From NCBI RefSeq assembly GCF_000143415.4, contig NW_003314363.1, forward strand, positions 310,001 through 374,000: a stretch of DNA of 64,000 nt, read 5' to 3'. Every line of letters begins with the position of its first letter. The first letter of the stretch is position 1. The notes under the pieces were generated by a model. That model worked only from the letters and a program-made list of their open reading frames with translations, was not told the origin of the DNA and searched no databases. The position numbers and the translations under genes were made by a program. Source of the DNA: Selaginella moellendorffii. Taxonomy: Eukaryota > Plantae > Lycopodiophyta. Shown piece by piece: positions 21,530 to 34,540 of the stretch.

Positions 21530-24458
21530 ATGGCGATGGAGATTGCCGCCACCGCCTCAAGAGGGCTACTCCAGTCCACCACCACAAGCAGCACCGGCAG
21601 CATTAGCGGTAGCAGTAGAGTTTTGGCTAGATTCTCCGAGGAGAAGCGGCTGATTGTCGACAAGCTCGAGCTTGGAGCGCTCCGGAAGCGATCGCTGCAG
21701 CTCAATTTGCGTAGGATTGCTCCGGCGCCGCGATGCCGAGTTGCCACAACCGAGGAATCAGTCCAAGGTGAGGAAGAACTTCTATTCTCTAGAGGATTTT
21801 CATCTCATAGTCTTTTCTTGTTTCCATCTAGTCAAGGACGCTCCAAAGAAGCTGGACTTGAGGACTGATATAAGGAACCTCGCCATCATCGCTCATGTCG
21901 ATCACGGCAAGACCACGCTGGTGGATGGAATGCTTCGACAATCCAAGGTAGAGCAGTTCGTTTTCTTTTCTTTCTTTTGCATATGGTTCTCCTTGCACGA
22001 GTGAAGGTTTTCCGGGACAACCAAACAGTCCAAGAGCGAATCATGGATTCCAATGATTTGGAAAGAGAGCGAGGGATTACAATTCTCAGCAAGAACACGG
22101 CCATCACGTACAAGGGGACGAAGATCAATATCATCGACACACCGGGTCACTCGGACTTTGGAGGAGAAGTGGAGCGTGTTCTTAACATGGTTGACGGTGT
22201 TCTTCTCCTCGTAAGAACTCTCTCTTCCATGCCAACTTGGAAGCAATCTAGAAACTTTGTCTCAAAGTTCTTTGTTTCTTTTAGGTGGACGCTGTGGAAG
22301 GTCCCATGCCACAAACGAGATTTGTTCTCAAGAAAGCTCTGGCGCTCGGCCATAGAGTTATTGTTGTTGTCAACAAGGTGGACAGGCCAGCAGCTCGGCC
22401 GGACTACGTTATCAACATGACTTTCGAGCTGTTCTTGGAGCTCGAGGCTTCTGACGAGCAAGTAAGCTCTCGGAGTGCAATGCTGTTTCCAATGGTTTCT
22501 TTGCTTTACAGTGTGACTTTCAAGTAATCTATGCGAGTGGCCTCAAAGGACAAGCTGGCCTGGAACCAGATGCTCTTGGGAACGACCTGGAGCCTCTTTT
22601 CGAGGCCGTTCTTCGTTGCATTCCTGAGCCCCGCGTGCAAATAGACGCCCCTCTCCAAATGCTTGTAAGTTCCTTGCCAAATGTTCTGTCGATATGGTTT
22701 GATTGTTTGATCGTTTCATGCTCCTCAGATAACCAACTTGGATTATGATGAGCACAAGGGACGCATTGGCATTGGAAGAGTGAACGCTGGCACATTAACC
22801 AAGGGCGAAGTCAAGGTATGTGATAGCTTTGGTGCTGTGCTTCTCTTTTGGAAGAAATCCCTCACTTCTTTCTCAGATTTGTAAGCCGGATGAAGCTGAC
22901 AGGGTTGGCAAAGTGAGCGAGATCTTTGTTTTTGAGAACTTTGCGAAAGTTCCAGCCGTTAAAGTCGTGGCTGGTGATATATGCGCTTTTGCTGGGATCA
23001 ACGATGTTATGGCAAGTAGCTTCACCGACTTAGAGTGCGAGAGATTCACGTTTCTTTCTTACTCCACAGATTGGAGAAACGGTGGCAGACAAGGCAAATG
23101 GCGTACCACTTCCTTCCATTAAAGTAGAGGAGCCCACGGTGAAGATGTCTTTTTCTGTGAACACTTCACCATTTTCCGGGCAAGAGGTTGTAAACTACTT
23201 TCACTTGCTTTCGTGTTTGTGAGGTGATTTATTTTTCTTGTCTTGGTTGCAGGGAAAGTTCGTTACCAGTAGGAATTTACGTGATCGGCTCTATCGCGAG
23301 CTTGAGAGAAACCTTGCGATGAAAGTAGAAGACGGCGAGACTGCTGAGACATTCATTGTCAGTGGAAGAGGCACACTTCACATAACAATTTTGATCGAAA
23401 ACATGTAAGTTCTTGCTTTGTTTTTCATATTTCTCATTCTTGTCGTGCAGGAGGAGAGAGGGGTACGAGTTCATGGTTGGTCCTCCCAGAGTAATCCATA
23501 AAGTGCTGAACGGAAAGAAACTCGAGCCTTACGAGGTACTTTGTTCTTCGCAAAAAATTCTTTCTGCTACTTACGAGCAAAGCACAAAAACTTGGATAGG
23601 ATGCTATTGTTGAAGTTCCCGAGCAGTACGTTGGAGCCGCAGTTGATCTTCTCGGCAAACGCCGTGGACAAATGCTCGACATGCAAGCCTCGGAGTAAGT
23701 GAAGTAGTTTAAAGCTTAAGTTTAAAGCTTACTAGTTCTCTGGTTGGTTCTCCAGACTTGGAAACACCATCTTAAAGTATAGGCTCCCGACCAGAGGCCT
23801 CTTGGGGATCCGAAACTCCCTCCTCTCCGCGAGCCGAGGCACGGCCATCCTCAACACTGTTTTCCACGGCTACGAAGAATTCGTTGGTGATATTAGCACC
23901 AGGGAACAAGGATCGCTGGTAAGCACCAGAATGCATGTTCCAAAGAAAAGTAGGAGGAACAATTCAACATCTTTTGCTAGCTAGTTCTTCCAGGCTTTTG
24001 TCAGCGAAGTCACCTCACTCTCACTGTGTTTCTTGCAGGTGGCCTTTGAGACTGGGCAAACAACATCCTACGCTCTTTGCAGCTGTCAAGAGCGAGGACA
24101 ACTCTTTCTGGATCCTGGTGTGGAAGTCTACAAAGGACAGATTGTTGGCATCCACCAGAGGCCAGGCGACCTTTCCATCAATGTCTGCAAGAAGAAAGCA
24201 GCCACCAATATCCGGTCCAACAAGGAGCAAACTGGTATTGTCCGATGTCCTCTTTGTATCCCTTTGTACTTCATCATCTTTTTGACTCGTTCTTCTTTCC
24301 CAACTTTTTTCTTTCTCGCAGTTGTGCTGGATGCACCACAAGACTTTAGCCTGGACGACTGCGTCGAGTACATTGAAGAGGACGAGCTGGTTGAAGTAAC
24401 TCCAGTGAGCGTGAGGATGTGCAAAAATCCCCGGATGGCCAGGCGAGGTGGCCGATGA
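21530..24458 (+). CDS. typA: Plastid TypA/BipA translational GTPase (SVR3-like), multi-exon
   Basis: Ser/Thr-rich transit peptide; [59 protein letters not shown] and ELVEVTP. One GC-AG intron (donor 23012). Confidence 0.96.
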
Positions 24459-25568
24459 TTTCCAGATAGGATTGATCGATTGCTAGAGTTGCGAGGGAGG
24501 TACGACTCGTGCTAAGTTTCAAGTGTATAGCATTCATTCCAGGCCCAGGGTAGGACCTCCGGAAAGAACACTTGTAAGCTATATCTGTAAAGACGAGAAA
24601 GATCGATCGTAAAGATTCATGACGAGAAATTTAATGGGCTTATCGAGCGAGTGTTGGATCAGGTCTGTCTTTCATAGAAAAACGAGCTCTTTTTTTTTTT
24701 CTCTGCGAATCAAATTGACAGGCAAGAGTTTTCAGTCTTGATTGATGGTGTTTCCCTTTAAATTTTCTTCTTTCTCTCCTTGCCAGTCCTGGTTTGTTTC
24801 TTGCCTGCCAGTGGATGATGGATTGAATTTATGGTAGTCATGAATTATCCATGGTTTTTGGCTATGGTTTCTTCTCCTCGCAGCTTTCATCCAATCTTCG
24901 CAACTTGCATGGCTTGCTCCCCAGCGACGCTGCCACCTCCAGTTCTCTCACAAGTTCGCATTTAAAGTCTCCCATATGTGGAGCGGCCTGGGAAAAGCAG
25001 CGATCCAAAGGACCAATTCCATCGTTTCACTCGCAATCACAGCCTCGGGGAGGGAGAGCCGCAAATTCGATGGCGACTTCTTGTTAGTCACTCCATCCAT
25101 GGTCTCCATTAATCAAAGCGCTCTCGCGAGGATTCATGAACTGGCGACCCGTGAAAACCATGGGAAGTCCATCGCCATTCTTTCTCACGCCACACACTTG
25201 GAGGGATAGATATATTATCAATCGACTGGAGAGGGGAATTGCGAGATCTCGGCGATCACGGGGTCGCGATTTTGGGTGTGTGGTCGCTGCCGCCAGCGAT
25301 CGCTTTTACTAGTGTGGAGGCGGAGAGTGACTCCCACGTGATGGTGGTGGCCCGGCGCTCTTCCTCTCTGGGCGGGCATTCCCTTTCCCTTCACTATAAA
25401 AACCCAGCTGGGCACTGCCAATTCCACTCCATCATTTGCTACGGCCACAATCTCTTCGCATTCCATCCGTAGAGTCGATCAATCGATCCATTCCATCGAT
25501 AGCAGCAGATTTAGGGTTCTTCCAAGATTTTAAATTTCGCGGGATCTTGGCAGAGAGCGAAGAGAGAA

Positions 25569-25970
25569 ATGCCGATTTTGGGAGCCAAGATGCAGCGTCT
25601 CGTCTCCAAGATCAAGCCCCACAACCTGGATTTCACCGCCCATCACCATGATCTCGATCTGGACGACGATGGCGACCTGGATCAGCCGCCGCGGGACGTT
25701 CCAAAGGGATGCTTGGCTGTCTACGTGGGCTCGAGCGCCAGCGGCGGCGACAGGCAGCGCTTCGTTGTATCCACTCAGCTCCTCAGCAATCGATTGTTCC
25801 GGGCGCTGCTGGATCGCGCGGCCGAGGAGTATGGATTCGAATCGCCGGGGGCTCTCACCATCCCTTGCGAGGCCGTGCTCTTTGAGCACTTCATCTGGTT
25901 GCTGGGAAGGAACGATCCCGCCGCTGCCAGGATCGAGGTGGACGAGCTTCTCAATTTCTACAGCTCGTGA
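25569..25970 (+). CDS. SAUR protein (SAUR-2)
   Basis: DVPKGCLAVYVG...RFVV...LFRALLDRAAEEYGF...GALTIPCE. TATAAAAA at ~25394. Confidence 0.93.
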   Translation: MPILGAKMQRLVSKIKPHNLDFTAHHHDLDLDDDGDLDQPPRDVPKGCLAVYVGSSASGGDRQRFVVSTQLLSNRLFRALLDRAAEEYGFESPGALTIPCEAVLFEHFIWLLGRNDPAAARIEVDELLNFYSS

Positions 25971-27331
25971 TAGATCATCAAGGAATTCGTTCTCATCGTT
26001 TTGGCGGTCGCGAGGCGAGGATAGAATGCTTTCGAAGGAATTCAAGAGCTCTTGTGAGGCGTGCTTCCATGGTCGCCCTCTTTGTCACTTGACCGTTATC
26101 TATCATCTCCAAAAATCGCCTATTTTCCAGGCTTGTCTTTCAAGAACAAGATCAAGAATCGGTTTGTCACACTAGTGTTTGATTCAATCGCAAATAACAA
26201 TCACTGTACTTTCATGTTCACAAAAATTTGGGAAGAATGATAATGATCAATCACCCTCTCATGATCGATCGCTTGCAACTTTAAGAAATTCGAAGATCTT
26301 TTGTTTGGAGCTGAGATTGGTGTTGGATCAGCTCTTTTCTATTCCGTTGTGCACATGATCACGATCTTGCCAGAGATCCATCCCATTTTCTCCCAAGAAT
26401 TTTCTATCGTAGTGTCAGCTTCTCATGCCAACTTCACGCGCAATCTAGCTTGGCTAGTAGCTAGCTCCACGTTTCGATCCAAAAAAAATAAACAACGATC
26501 CAAAGAACTAGAAACTATCGTTATTCCCCGAGAGAATGGATCCAAAAATTCAACACGCCGCTATAACTAGATCACACGCTGCCAACTGCGAAGAACACAT
26601 TGAAATCCCAAAACCGGGATCTAAACAATTCAATGAAGTTGGCACACGCCAACGCAAGTTGGATTGGATCTTTTCCCTCCGCCGCAAGATAGAAAAATCC
26701 CCAAATTTTCTAATGGAAGAACATCACTGTTCTCGACATAGTTTTCAGTTTTCTATGGTTTTCTATGGTTTTCTGCAAGCTCCAGAGCATGGCAGTTAGG
26801 TTGGTGCCAAAGGTTGACGCTGGAAAGCAAAGTTTCCACATGGGAAGCGTACGAATCCATGTCGTTTGCTCGTAATTTATAAGCCTGGTTTGGAAGTTCC
26901 TTCTTTTTCTGGTGGTGCCATTGCTCATGGATGGTGGATCGTTCGTTTGCGCATTAAATTCGCTACTGCCATGGAAGAAAAAGCTTGCTAACTTCCACAC
27001 AGCCAAAGCGATTCCACCAGTATGCTTTAAATGCCTTTGCTTGATTGAGAAATTTTATATACATTTGCTTTAGATCCAGGCTCTTGTTTGTGATCAAAAT
27101 GATCAAAACTAGAGAGGAAATTGGTCGATCGAGATCCAGCCACGCATGATGGGTGGCTTTTCGTTTTCCCCTCTTCCAGCACTTGGGGCGCCGCAATTTC
27201 TTCGACCGGCTCAATCACCCCAGTGGAGGATCGATCGCCCTTGGAGCCCCCAAGAGAAAAGATGAAAATTTGAGGAACCTCGAGCTAGATCTTGGATCCA
27301 CTGTTATAAACCACCTCTTCCGTGGATCCCT

Positions 27332-27760
27332 TCACGAGTAGAAGGCCATGAGATCGTTCACCTCGAGCATCGCAGCGGCGGGATCGTCGTTGCTGAGAAG
27401 CCATAGAAAGTGCTCAAACAGGACTGGATCGCATGGGATCTCGAGAGCTCCGGAGTTCCTGTATCCATACTCCTCCGCCGCCCTCTGGAGAAGAACTCCA
27501 AACACTGGATTCGTGAGGAGGTGCGTGCCAACCACGAATCTCCTCCTCTTCTTCTCGGAGCTCCCGACAATCACCGCCATACACCCCTTTGGAACATCGG
27601 CCGGGATGGAGAAATCGGCATCTTCGTCGCTGTCGTAGCAGCATGACCCATGGCTGCTCATGCTGCTCGCGCTGCTGCTAGACGAGCTAGATCTCTCGAG
27701 ACTGAGCCCCTTCTTGGAGGCCGATCGAAAGAAGCTGCCAATCTTCGCAAGAACCGCCAT
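27332..27760 (-). CDS. SAUR protein (SAUR-3)
   Basis: DVPKGCMAVIVG...RRFVVG...PVFGVLLQRAAEEYGY...GALEIPCD. Confidence 0.93.
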   Translation of the reverse strand: MAVLAKIGSFFRSASKKGLSLERSSSSSSSASSMSSHGSCCYDSDEDADFSIPADVPKGCMAVIVGSSEKKRRRFVVGTHLLTNPVFGVLLQRAAEEYGYRNSGALEIPCDPVLFEHFLWLLSNDDPAAAMLEVNDLMAFYS

Positions 27761-28509
27761 TCTATACGATTGAATTGCAGAGAATTTGGAGAGAGCGACT
27801 TATAGATGAGAAGCTCTTGGCTTAAAGTGAGCTCTGGAGACGATGGAAAAGATGGATGGTGTTTTGGGGCAGCGAGGAGGCGGCCCTATATACTCCCGCG
27901 ACTATTACCACAGTTAAACCCAATCCAGATAAAGAAAGAAAGAAGAGACTATCTTATAATTTCCTCTCTGTCTATCTATCCCACGCGATGGATCACTCAA
28001 GAACACACCGAAATGCCAATCAATCAATCACAGCGCGACCAGCGAATTGTAACAGTGGTTGGGGCGCAGCTCCAAAGCACAAGGACTGGCGCTGCCTCGA
28101 ATGCTTGAGTGCTCCTGCCCGGGGCCTGGAGCTTATGTATGCCAGCGGCGGAACAGAGCACAGTGGGAGCTTTCAATTTTGCTAGTGGGCGATCGGGATT
28201 TCTTGGTGGGCAGGCGCGTTTGACCCCCGCAAAGCGACCCATTTCGGCCGATTGCGCAATTCCGGTTCGCGCCGGTGTGTCTTTCAGGTTCTTCCCACCC
28301 AAGAGACAATGTGGAAAGAGACGCAGCGTACGGTGAGAAGTTCCACATGACGTGAAAGAATTGTTTATAGGAATGCCCCGCGGTGGAAAACAGCTTCTCG
28401 GGAAGAAGGAAAGGAAGCCAAATTTCCAGCTATGCAAAGTTTATGATCATCACATGAGCTTTTGTCAACTCCTCTCACATTCACAGGGAAGTTTTACCAG
28501 CGCGGTCGT

Positions 28510-28597
28510 TCTTGGCACACCCAAATCTAGCACCTTTGCGGGGCCTTTTTGATCTTGGCACACCCAAATGTCACGCTTTTGCGGGGCCTTTTTGATC
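28510..28597 (+). repeat. Imperfect tandem repeat, two copies of ~43 bp
   Basis: tcttggcacacccaaat...tttgcgggcctttttga occurs twice, back to back. Confidence 0.85.
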
Positions 28598-28749
28598 TGC
28601 GAGAATATTTTGTTATTAGGACCAGTGTCACCTTCAAACAAAGACTTATGTTATATCGAATCAAACAAGACTTTGGAGAGAACATATGATATCTAATCCG
28701 GATGATATACTTATCCTTTCACAGCTCCAACCTTTCCGAGGAGCGAATG

Positions 28750-30685
28750 TCACGCACTGACCAAGTTGAGCACGGCCGAAACCAGATGCAGTGAGCCAGT
28801 GACGCAGACAACGCTTCCAGGATCCAAATCCGCAGCTTTCCTGGCAGTCGCTAGAGCATCTACGACTGACTTGGAGATTTCCACGGCGATCTCAGGCTTG
28901 ACTTTACTCCATGCTTCCGCAAGAGCTTCTGTAGTGGCAGACCTCACACTGCTTCCAGCCACGTCCGCAGTAGTGACGACTACCAGGGTTGGTCTTGCAT
29001 CTGGACAAAAGTCTTAGATAAAGAAGAGAATAACTAGAAACTTGGCTGACCATCGGAGAACGCAGACGCGAATTTCAAGTGATCTTTGTCCAAAGCCATT
29101 GCGGTCACCAGTATGAGAGGTCGCGAGGGAAATGCAGTTTTCAAGGTGGTTCCTAGTGCTGCTGCTGATCCGGGAGTATGTGCTGCATGGAAGAAATACC
29201 ATCTCAAGTTCGGATTTGCGAGGAGTTTTTCTTACCTCCATCTAATATGACCCTCGTTGAAGTAAACCCGAGGCTCTTTACTTGTTCATGGGTGAGAATC
29301 TGGAACCTCCCCAATATATTTGTTTGCTCCAGGCCCGTTTGAAACGCCGCGTCTGGGATACGCCAGCCTACACATTCAACAAGTAAGCAAATGAAAATGT
29401 CGTGAATAAACACCACCTTCCACTCGAAGGGACAGTGCAGCACAGATTGCTGTTAACGCGTTGTCCACTTGATGAGAACCAAACATACGCATTCTACAAT
29501 TGTCTAAGAATAAATCCTGCAGATGCCAGAGTTAAAGCTGCTGAGGACACTCGAACAAAAATAAAAGAAGAAAGAAAGCATGAAAGAGGTTTACCTCGCC
29601 TGCACATCGTATACGCATATTGCAAACTTGAAAGCAATCACTTTCATCCGTTCGAATGCTTTTGATAAATCCATGTACGTCCTTCCCAAAGGCACTAAAG
29701 ACGGGAGCATTCCTTGCCGATGCCTGTGTCCTTATGATACTCTCGGCAACAGGGCTCACCTGACGACTAAGAACAACCTGATAGCAAAATCTTAGCGTTT
29801 AAGATACGTGCAAAAAAAAAAACATACCGGACGTCTTTCCTTGATAATACCGGCTTTCGCTAAAGCGACGGTTTCTAGACTTCCGCCCAACGCTTCCAGA
29901 TGTTCTTCGCCAATTGAAACAATGACGGACGCTGCAAGGCCTTCCGAATCAATCACATTCGTAGCGTCCCTTGCGCCACCAAGACCTGCCTAAGAACTTA
30001 AGAAAGAACAGCTTAAGAAAAAAAAAAGAAACTGTGACTAACCTCAACAACGGCAATGTCTACACTCTCTTGTGCAAAGTACTTGAATGCCAAGGCGGTA
30101 AAAACCTGCAAATGGACGATGGAACCAACAGTGAATCACTTGAGAAAAAAAGAGAGAAAAAGCCATGCCTCACCTTAGCACGCATCTCACCTCGAAATGA
30201 GTAAGCGTATGGTTTTCAGCTTCAATTACTTTCAGCAATGATTCACGAACACCCCAAAACAAATCATCCAATCCATTTGTCGAGATTGGTTTTCCCACGC
30301 AGATTCTCTCGTGAATGCTCCTCAAATGCGGGCTGCGAAAATCGCATGAGCTTGATCGTTTTACATCGAAAAACTTACCTCGTATAAGTTCCCACGGAGA
30401 ACCCAGCAGCACGCAAAATGCTGCTGAGAAACGCAACAGTCGATCCCTTTCCTTTGGTGCCAGCGACGTGCACTACCTGAAACATGCCCCGTATTGGATC
30501 GAGAGACGCCAATCCATCGCACTTACTGGAAATTTCGAGAGAGGATTCCCGAGGCTAGAAACCAGGCGGCGCATTCTCCCAAGATCAAACCCCTTGCTCG
30601 TGTCTGTGCCTGCGTCCTTCGGCACGCCCAGCCGCTCGAGATCCCTCAGCTGCTGGAGGAATCGCAGCGCCCCTCCCTCCGCCAT
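28750..30685 (-). CDS. Dihydrofolate synthase (FolC family, DHFS-type), multi-exon
   Basis: [20 protein letters not shown] (plant DHFS-type N-terminus), [40 protein letters not shown] and [10 protein letters not shown]. Confidence 0.9.
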
Positions 30686-32374
30686 CGCTGGAGCGCTCTA
30701 AAACCCTAAAAGATATTCCGGGATTGTTTTCAAAAAGCTAGGGCTGACAAGGACGCTGACTCCGCATTAAAGCTTACGTGGGCGAATGGAATTTGAGCTC
30801 TCGGGTTTGAATGCGGCGAACAGGGGTGTTGGGAGGCAGGCTCTGGAGGCCGGCCTGGATCATTTGGGCGATGATTGGGTACTCGCATAGTACGGTTCCG
30901 TCGATTTAATGCGAAAGCTCTTGATTGATTCATTCATCGCTGTCGCTGGCGCTGGGCAACTGCGGTGCTCGTGATATCGGTTGAAAATTTTCAATGAGGA
31001 CCAAAACGACAAGCGCTGGACTGGACGATCCAATCGCGTGCCGCTGCCACTGACGGGATCAATCAATTCGGCTGCTGCGAGCGAGCTACAACGATCAAAG
31101 GATTCATTGCGATCCAGAGCAGGCCTCACAAGACAAATGTGCGCAGAGAAAAGGGATTGATTGATTGAATACAACGATCATCAATCAATCGGCTAGAGGG
31201 CTTCGCAGTGACCACTTGGTGGGAGAGAGACAAGGAGAGGTTTTTATGATCTTCACATGGCAATCGAAGCGCTGGTTGTCTAGTGGACCAGGATGAAACG
31301 ACACAAACTTACAACTCACACACAACGAACAACTGGAAAATTTTCTAGAAAAGGAAGAAAAGGTTGGAGCGGGAGAAAACCGATTAAACCGTCACAAACA
31401 AAGTTACCTTCCTCGATTCATCGCAATCGATCGTGACAAACTGATCATCACTGCTGCTTGGGAATTGGATCGATTCTGGTGAAACTTTGCTGTTTCGCAA
31501 CGGCGAGGAATGCGAAGCTTTGGATTCCGTTTTCTTTCTTTATCTCTCTTTTCTCTCGCATCCATCACTGCCATGTTTGCTCGTCAGTGATCTCACAGCT
31601 CACTTGCTAAAGATCAAGTGTCATGTGTGTGTGTGTGTTGGTGGCGGTCTCAAGTTTGCGTAGTGGACACTATACTGTATAGACTTGTGTGTGTGCTGTT
31701 CGAGGACTTTGTCCGTGGAAGACAAAGCACAGCACAAACCAACATGTAAATTTGCCCAGGCCTGGCATTCGCAAGAACCGAGATTGCCCATAAGTCGTCA
31801 CGTTGGTGATGACACCACCATATACCGTAGAAACAGTGCCCGAAACACTAAACAATGGCCTAGGAAACGAGTTCCCGAGTAGAAAACTCTAGTTTCTTTG
31901 GCACCTTGCTCATTAAAATCGACTTCTCAAGTAGAGAAACCATATTCTATCAAGCAAATGTTGGCTTGACTGGTATCCAACAAGCCCGATTCAATGCCCG
32001 GCAGTGGCAGGGCCAAAGATTAGGCCACTCCAAATGCGGCGAGACAAAGCTCTTTCACTCCATCCATCCATTTGAGCTGGGCCAGAGTGTAGTGTACTGC
32101 GCCAGTCCGTCCGAGCTGGAGGAAGAACACACAGCGATCACGCCGCCCAGTTGGGTGGTGTGATGGATCCATCGCATCAATCCATCCATCAAAAGGATCT
32201 CCCCCAACCTCTTGCAAGGATTATAAAAAAGTAGAGCGCGCGAAAAAAAAAAGCATGGAGAGGCCTTTCGTTGGATTTTTGGGGGAGAGCGATGGATCGA
32301 ACAGGTGAGTTCGATTAGAAAACTAGGGCGGAGGTCTGACCGGTACGAAACGACCACGGCCTGGCGCCCGGAAG

Positions 32375-32392
32375 CATGTGGGCGCCCATGTG
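32375..32392 (+). promoter_or_regulatory. Paired CATGTG E-box/HUD elements upstream of SAUR-4 (TATA at ~32478)
   Basis: gCATGTGggcgccCATGTGa about 90 bp upstream of TATATAAAA; resembles hormone-responsive elements in SAUR promoters. Confidence 0.35.
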
Positions 32393-32681
32393 AGGCCCGG
32401 CTTGTCCGATTCCACTGCTCGCAACTGCTGGTCTTTAATTTTTTCCCTGACACTGCCACTCCAATTTGGATCCATCGTATATAAAATCCCCAGCCCTCCC
32501 CCGGAATCCCCAAATCCAAGCAAAGCGAGCAAGCAAGGCAAGGAGAAGCAAGCAGCATTGTGTTCTATAGATCTATCTATCTCTCTATCTTCCTCTCTCA
32601 ATCGAGAGCGAAGATATATCAATCACACTAGCAAAGCCCAACAGCAAGAAGAACTCTCCATCCATCTCTAGCTCTACATCC

Positions 32682-33152
32682 ATGGCTTTTCTGGCAAGGA
32701 TTGGAAGTCTGCTCAAGTCCGCCTCGATCAAGAAGAGATCTGGGCGCAGCCTGGATCGCTCCTCCAGCAACAGCAGCTGCTCCTCGCTCGGCTCCTCCAC
32801 TTCCGCGGCCTGGGACTGCTGCTACGACAGCGATCTCGACGTGGACCAGGCCCCCGATTCGTGCTCCTGCTCCATCCCCGCCGACGTTCCAAAGGGATGC
32901 ATGGCGGTCATTGTCGGGAGCTGCGAGAAGAAGAGGAGGAGGTTCGTGGTTGGCACGCATCTCCTCTCGAATCCGGTGTTTGGGGTCCTGCTCCAGCGCG
33001 CGGCCGAGGAGTACGGGTACGAGAACTCGGGCGCTCTCGCGATTCCGTGTGATCCCGTCCTGTTTGAGCACTTTCTATGGCTGCTCAACAACAACGATCC
33101 CGCTGCCGCGATGCTTGAGGTGAACGAGCTCCTGGCTTTCTACGCGTCATGA
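32682..33152 (+). CDS. SAUR protein (SAUR-4), close paralogue of SAUR-3
   Basis: SAUR core nearly identical to 27332-27760 (SIPADVPKGCMAVIVGS.EKKRRRFVVGTHLL.NPVFGVLLQRAAEEYGY). Confidence 0.93.
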   Translation: MAFLARIGSLLKSASIKKRSGRSLDRSSSNSSCSSLGSSTSAAWDCCYDSDLDVDQAPDSCSCSIPADVPKGCMAVIVGSCEKKRRRFVVGTHLLSNPVFGVLLQRAAEEYGYENSGALAIPCDPVLFEHFLWLLNNNDPAAAMLEVNELLAFYAS

Positions 33153-34540
33153 CCGAGCATCTTCATCCAAGAGAGCACTACTGGGATTCATCACGATCGA
33201 TCCATCCAGATCCAGAGCAAAGAGTGCCCAGCTCGGCTCGGCAAGGAAGAAGAGACTGAAAGAGGAGCACGAGCACGGGCTTCATTTGAAGAGTCTACAG
33301 CTTGTTCGAGAGCACATTTTGGGCTCTAGATCTGGTGCTGCTCCACCGAAATTGCGCATTGCAATTCGTGACGGCGGCGTGACTGTGATCGATCGTATCA
33401 ATTGTTTTCTAGCTCACACACACACAAGAATACTACTAGTATTACAATACATTTCCTTGTCATTCAGTCAAAGATTTACTGAGGTCCATGTTGAAGAGCT
33501 AAAATGACATTTGAACATGCTCACTGTTGTTTTGAAGTGGTAGATTTTAGAGGAGTTTGAAGTGCCCAAGATTTCAGTGCCTCAAAGCTGGGGTCCGGGC
33601 AGTTGGGCTCACTGACCACCCAAAAAATCCGCCCCTGAAATGTGCGCTCCTCCCTCCACAAGTTCATCTTGTGGTTCACCTTCTGATTTCAGTTTCTGCC
33701 TTCTGCCGCTGCATGCAACAGCAGCTGCTGCCTTATCAACCAGCATCTCCCATCAATTCTCGTCCCAGGCCTGGCTTCAATTCCCACTTTCTGTGTGTAC
33801 TCGTACTTGGGATATAGAATGGAATAGATCGAAAATCCATATAGCGAAATATGACCCGCTGTTCTTCCTCCAGCCCCATGTTGCCTTATTCTCCAAGGAC
33901 GACGGGACGGACGGAGTAAGGTACTCTGGACTTCTTCTTTTCTCTCTGGTGGCTACGTCTCCACAGATATAATGCGCTCCACTCCACCTCGAGCTAGCTC
34001 GATCTATGCCACAGAAACAGAAGCGATGAAATTGCAGCCACGAAAAATTACTGCACACGGATCAAACCTGTCGCCGCCAACAGTAACCGAACCAAACCGC
34101 TGCACAAGCCAACAAAAGGTACGACGGAAAAAGTTGGCCTAGATGGAAACACTTTGTAGACATTGCATGGCCAACCCCACATATATTAGCTGGCCACACT
34201 CCTTGTTATTAAATTTCTCCTTTACTTTGCCTTTTTCTGGCTATTTGTCTTTGGTTCTTTCGGTTGTGCCGGCTTCGAGCAATGTGGCGTGAGATCATCA
34301 TTCCAATTCCGTGCTGAGATCACCTCCATTTTGATCTATGATTCTGCTTTGGCCCGGGCAACTTTTTTGTTAATATGGTGTCATCAAAAAGCGAGAAAAA
34401 GAGAATCCATCCAGGTGTGCTTCACATCGCGGTCACTGATTTTCACTCCAGTCGAGCAGTATATCGGGTCCTTGGTATCCATCCCTAGGACACACGCATT
34501 TCTTGTATAGAGATCGTAGAAGATCAGTCAGTCGCTAGCA

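Noticed and set aside
31154-31192. Short inverted repeat GATTGATTGA...TCAATCAATC
   Set aside because: Low-complexity GATT/ATCA words are common throughout the window; the stem is too short for a miRNA precursor and no conserved miRNA was recognised.
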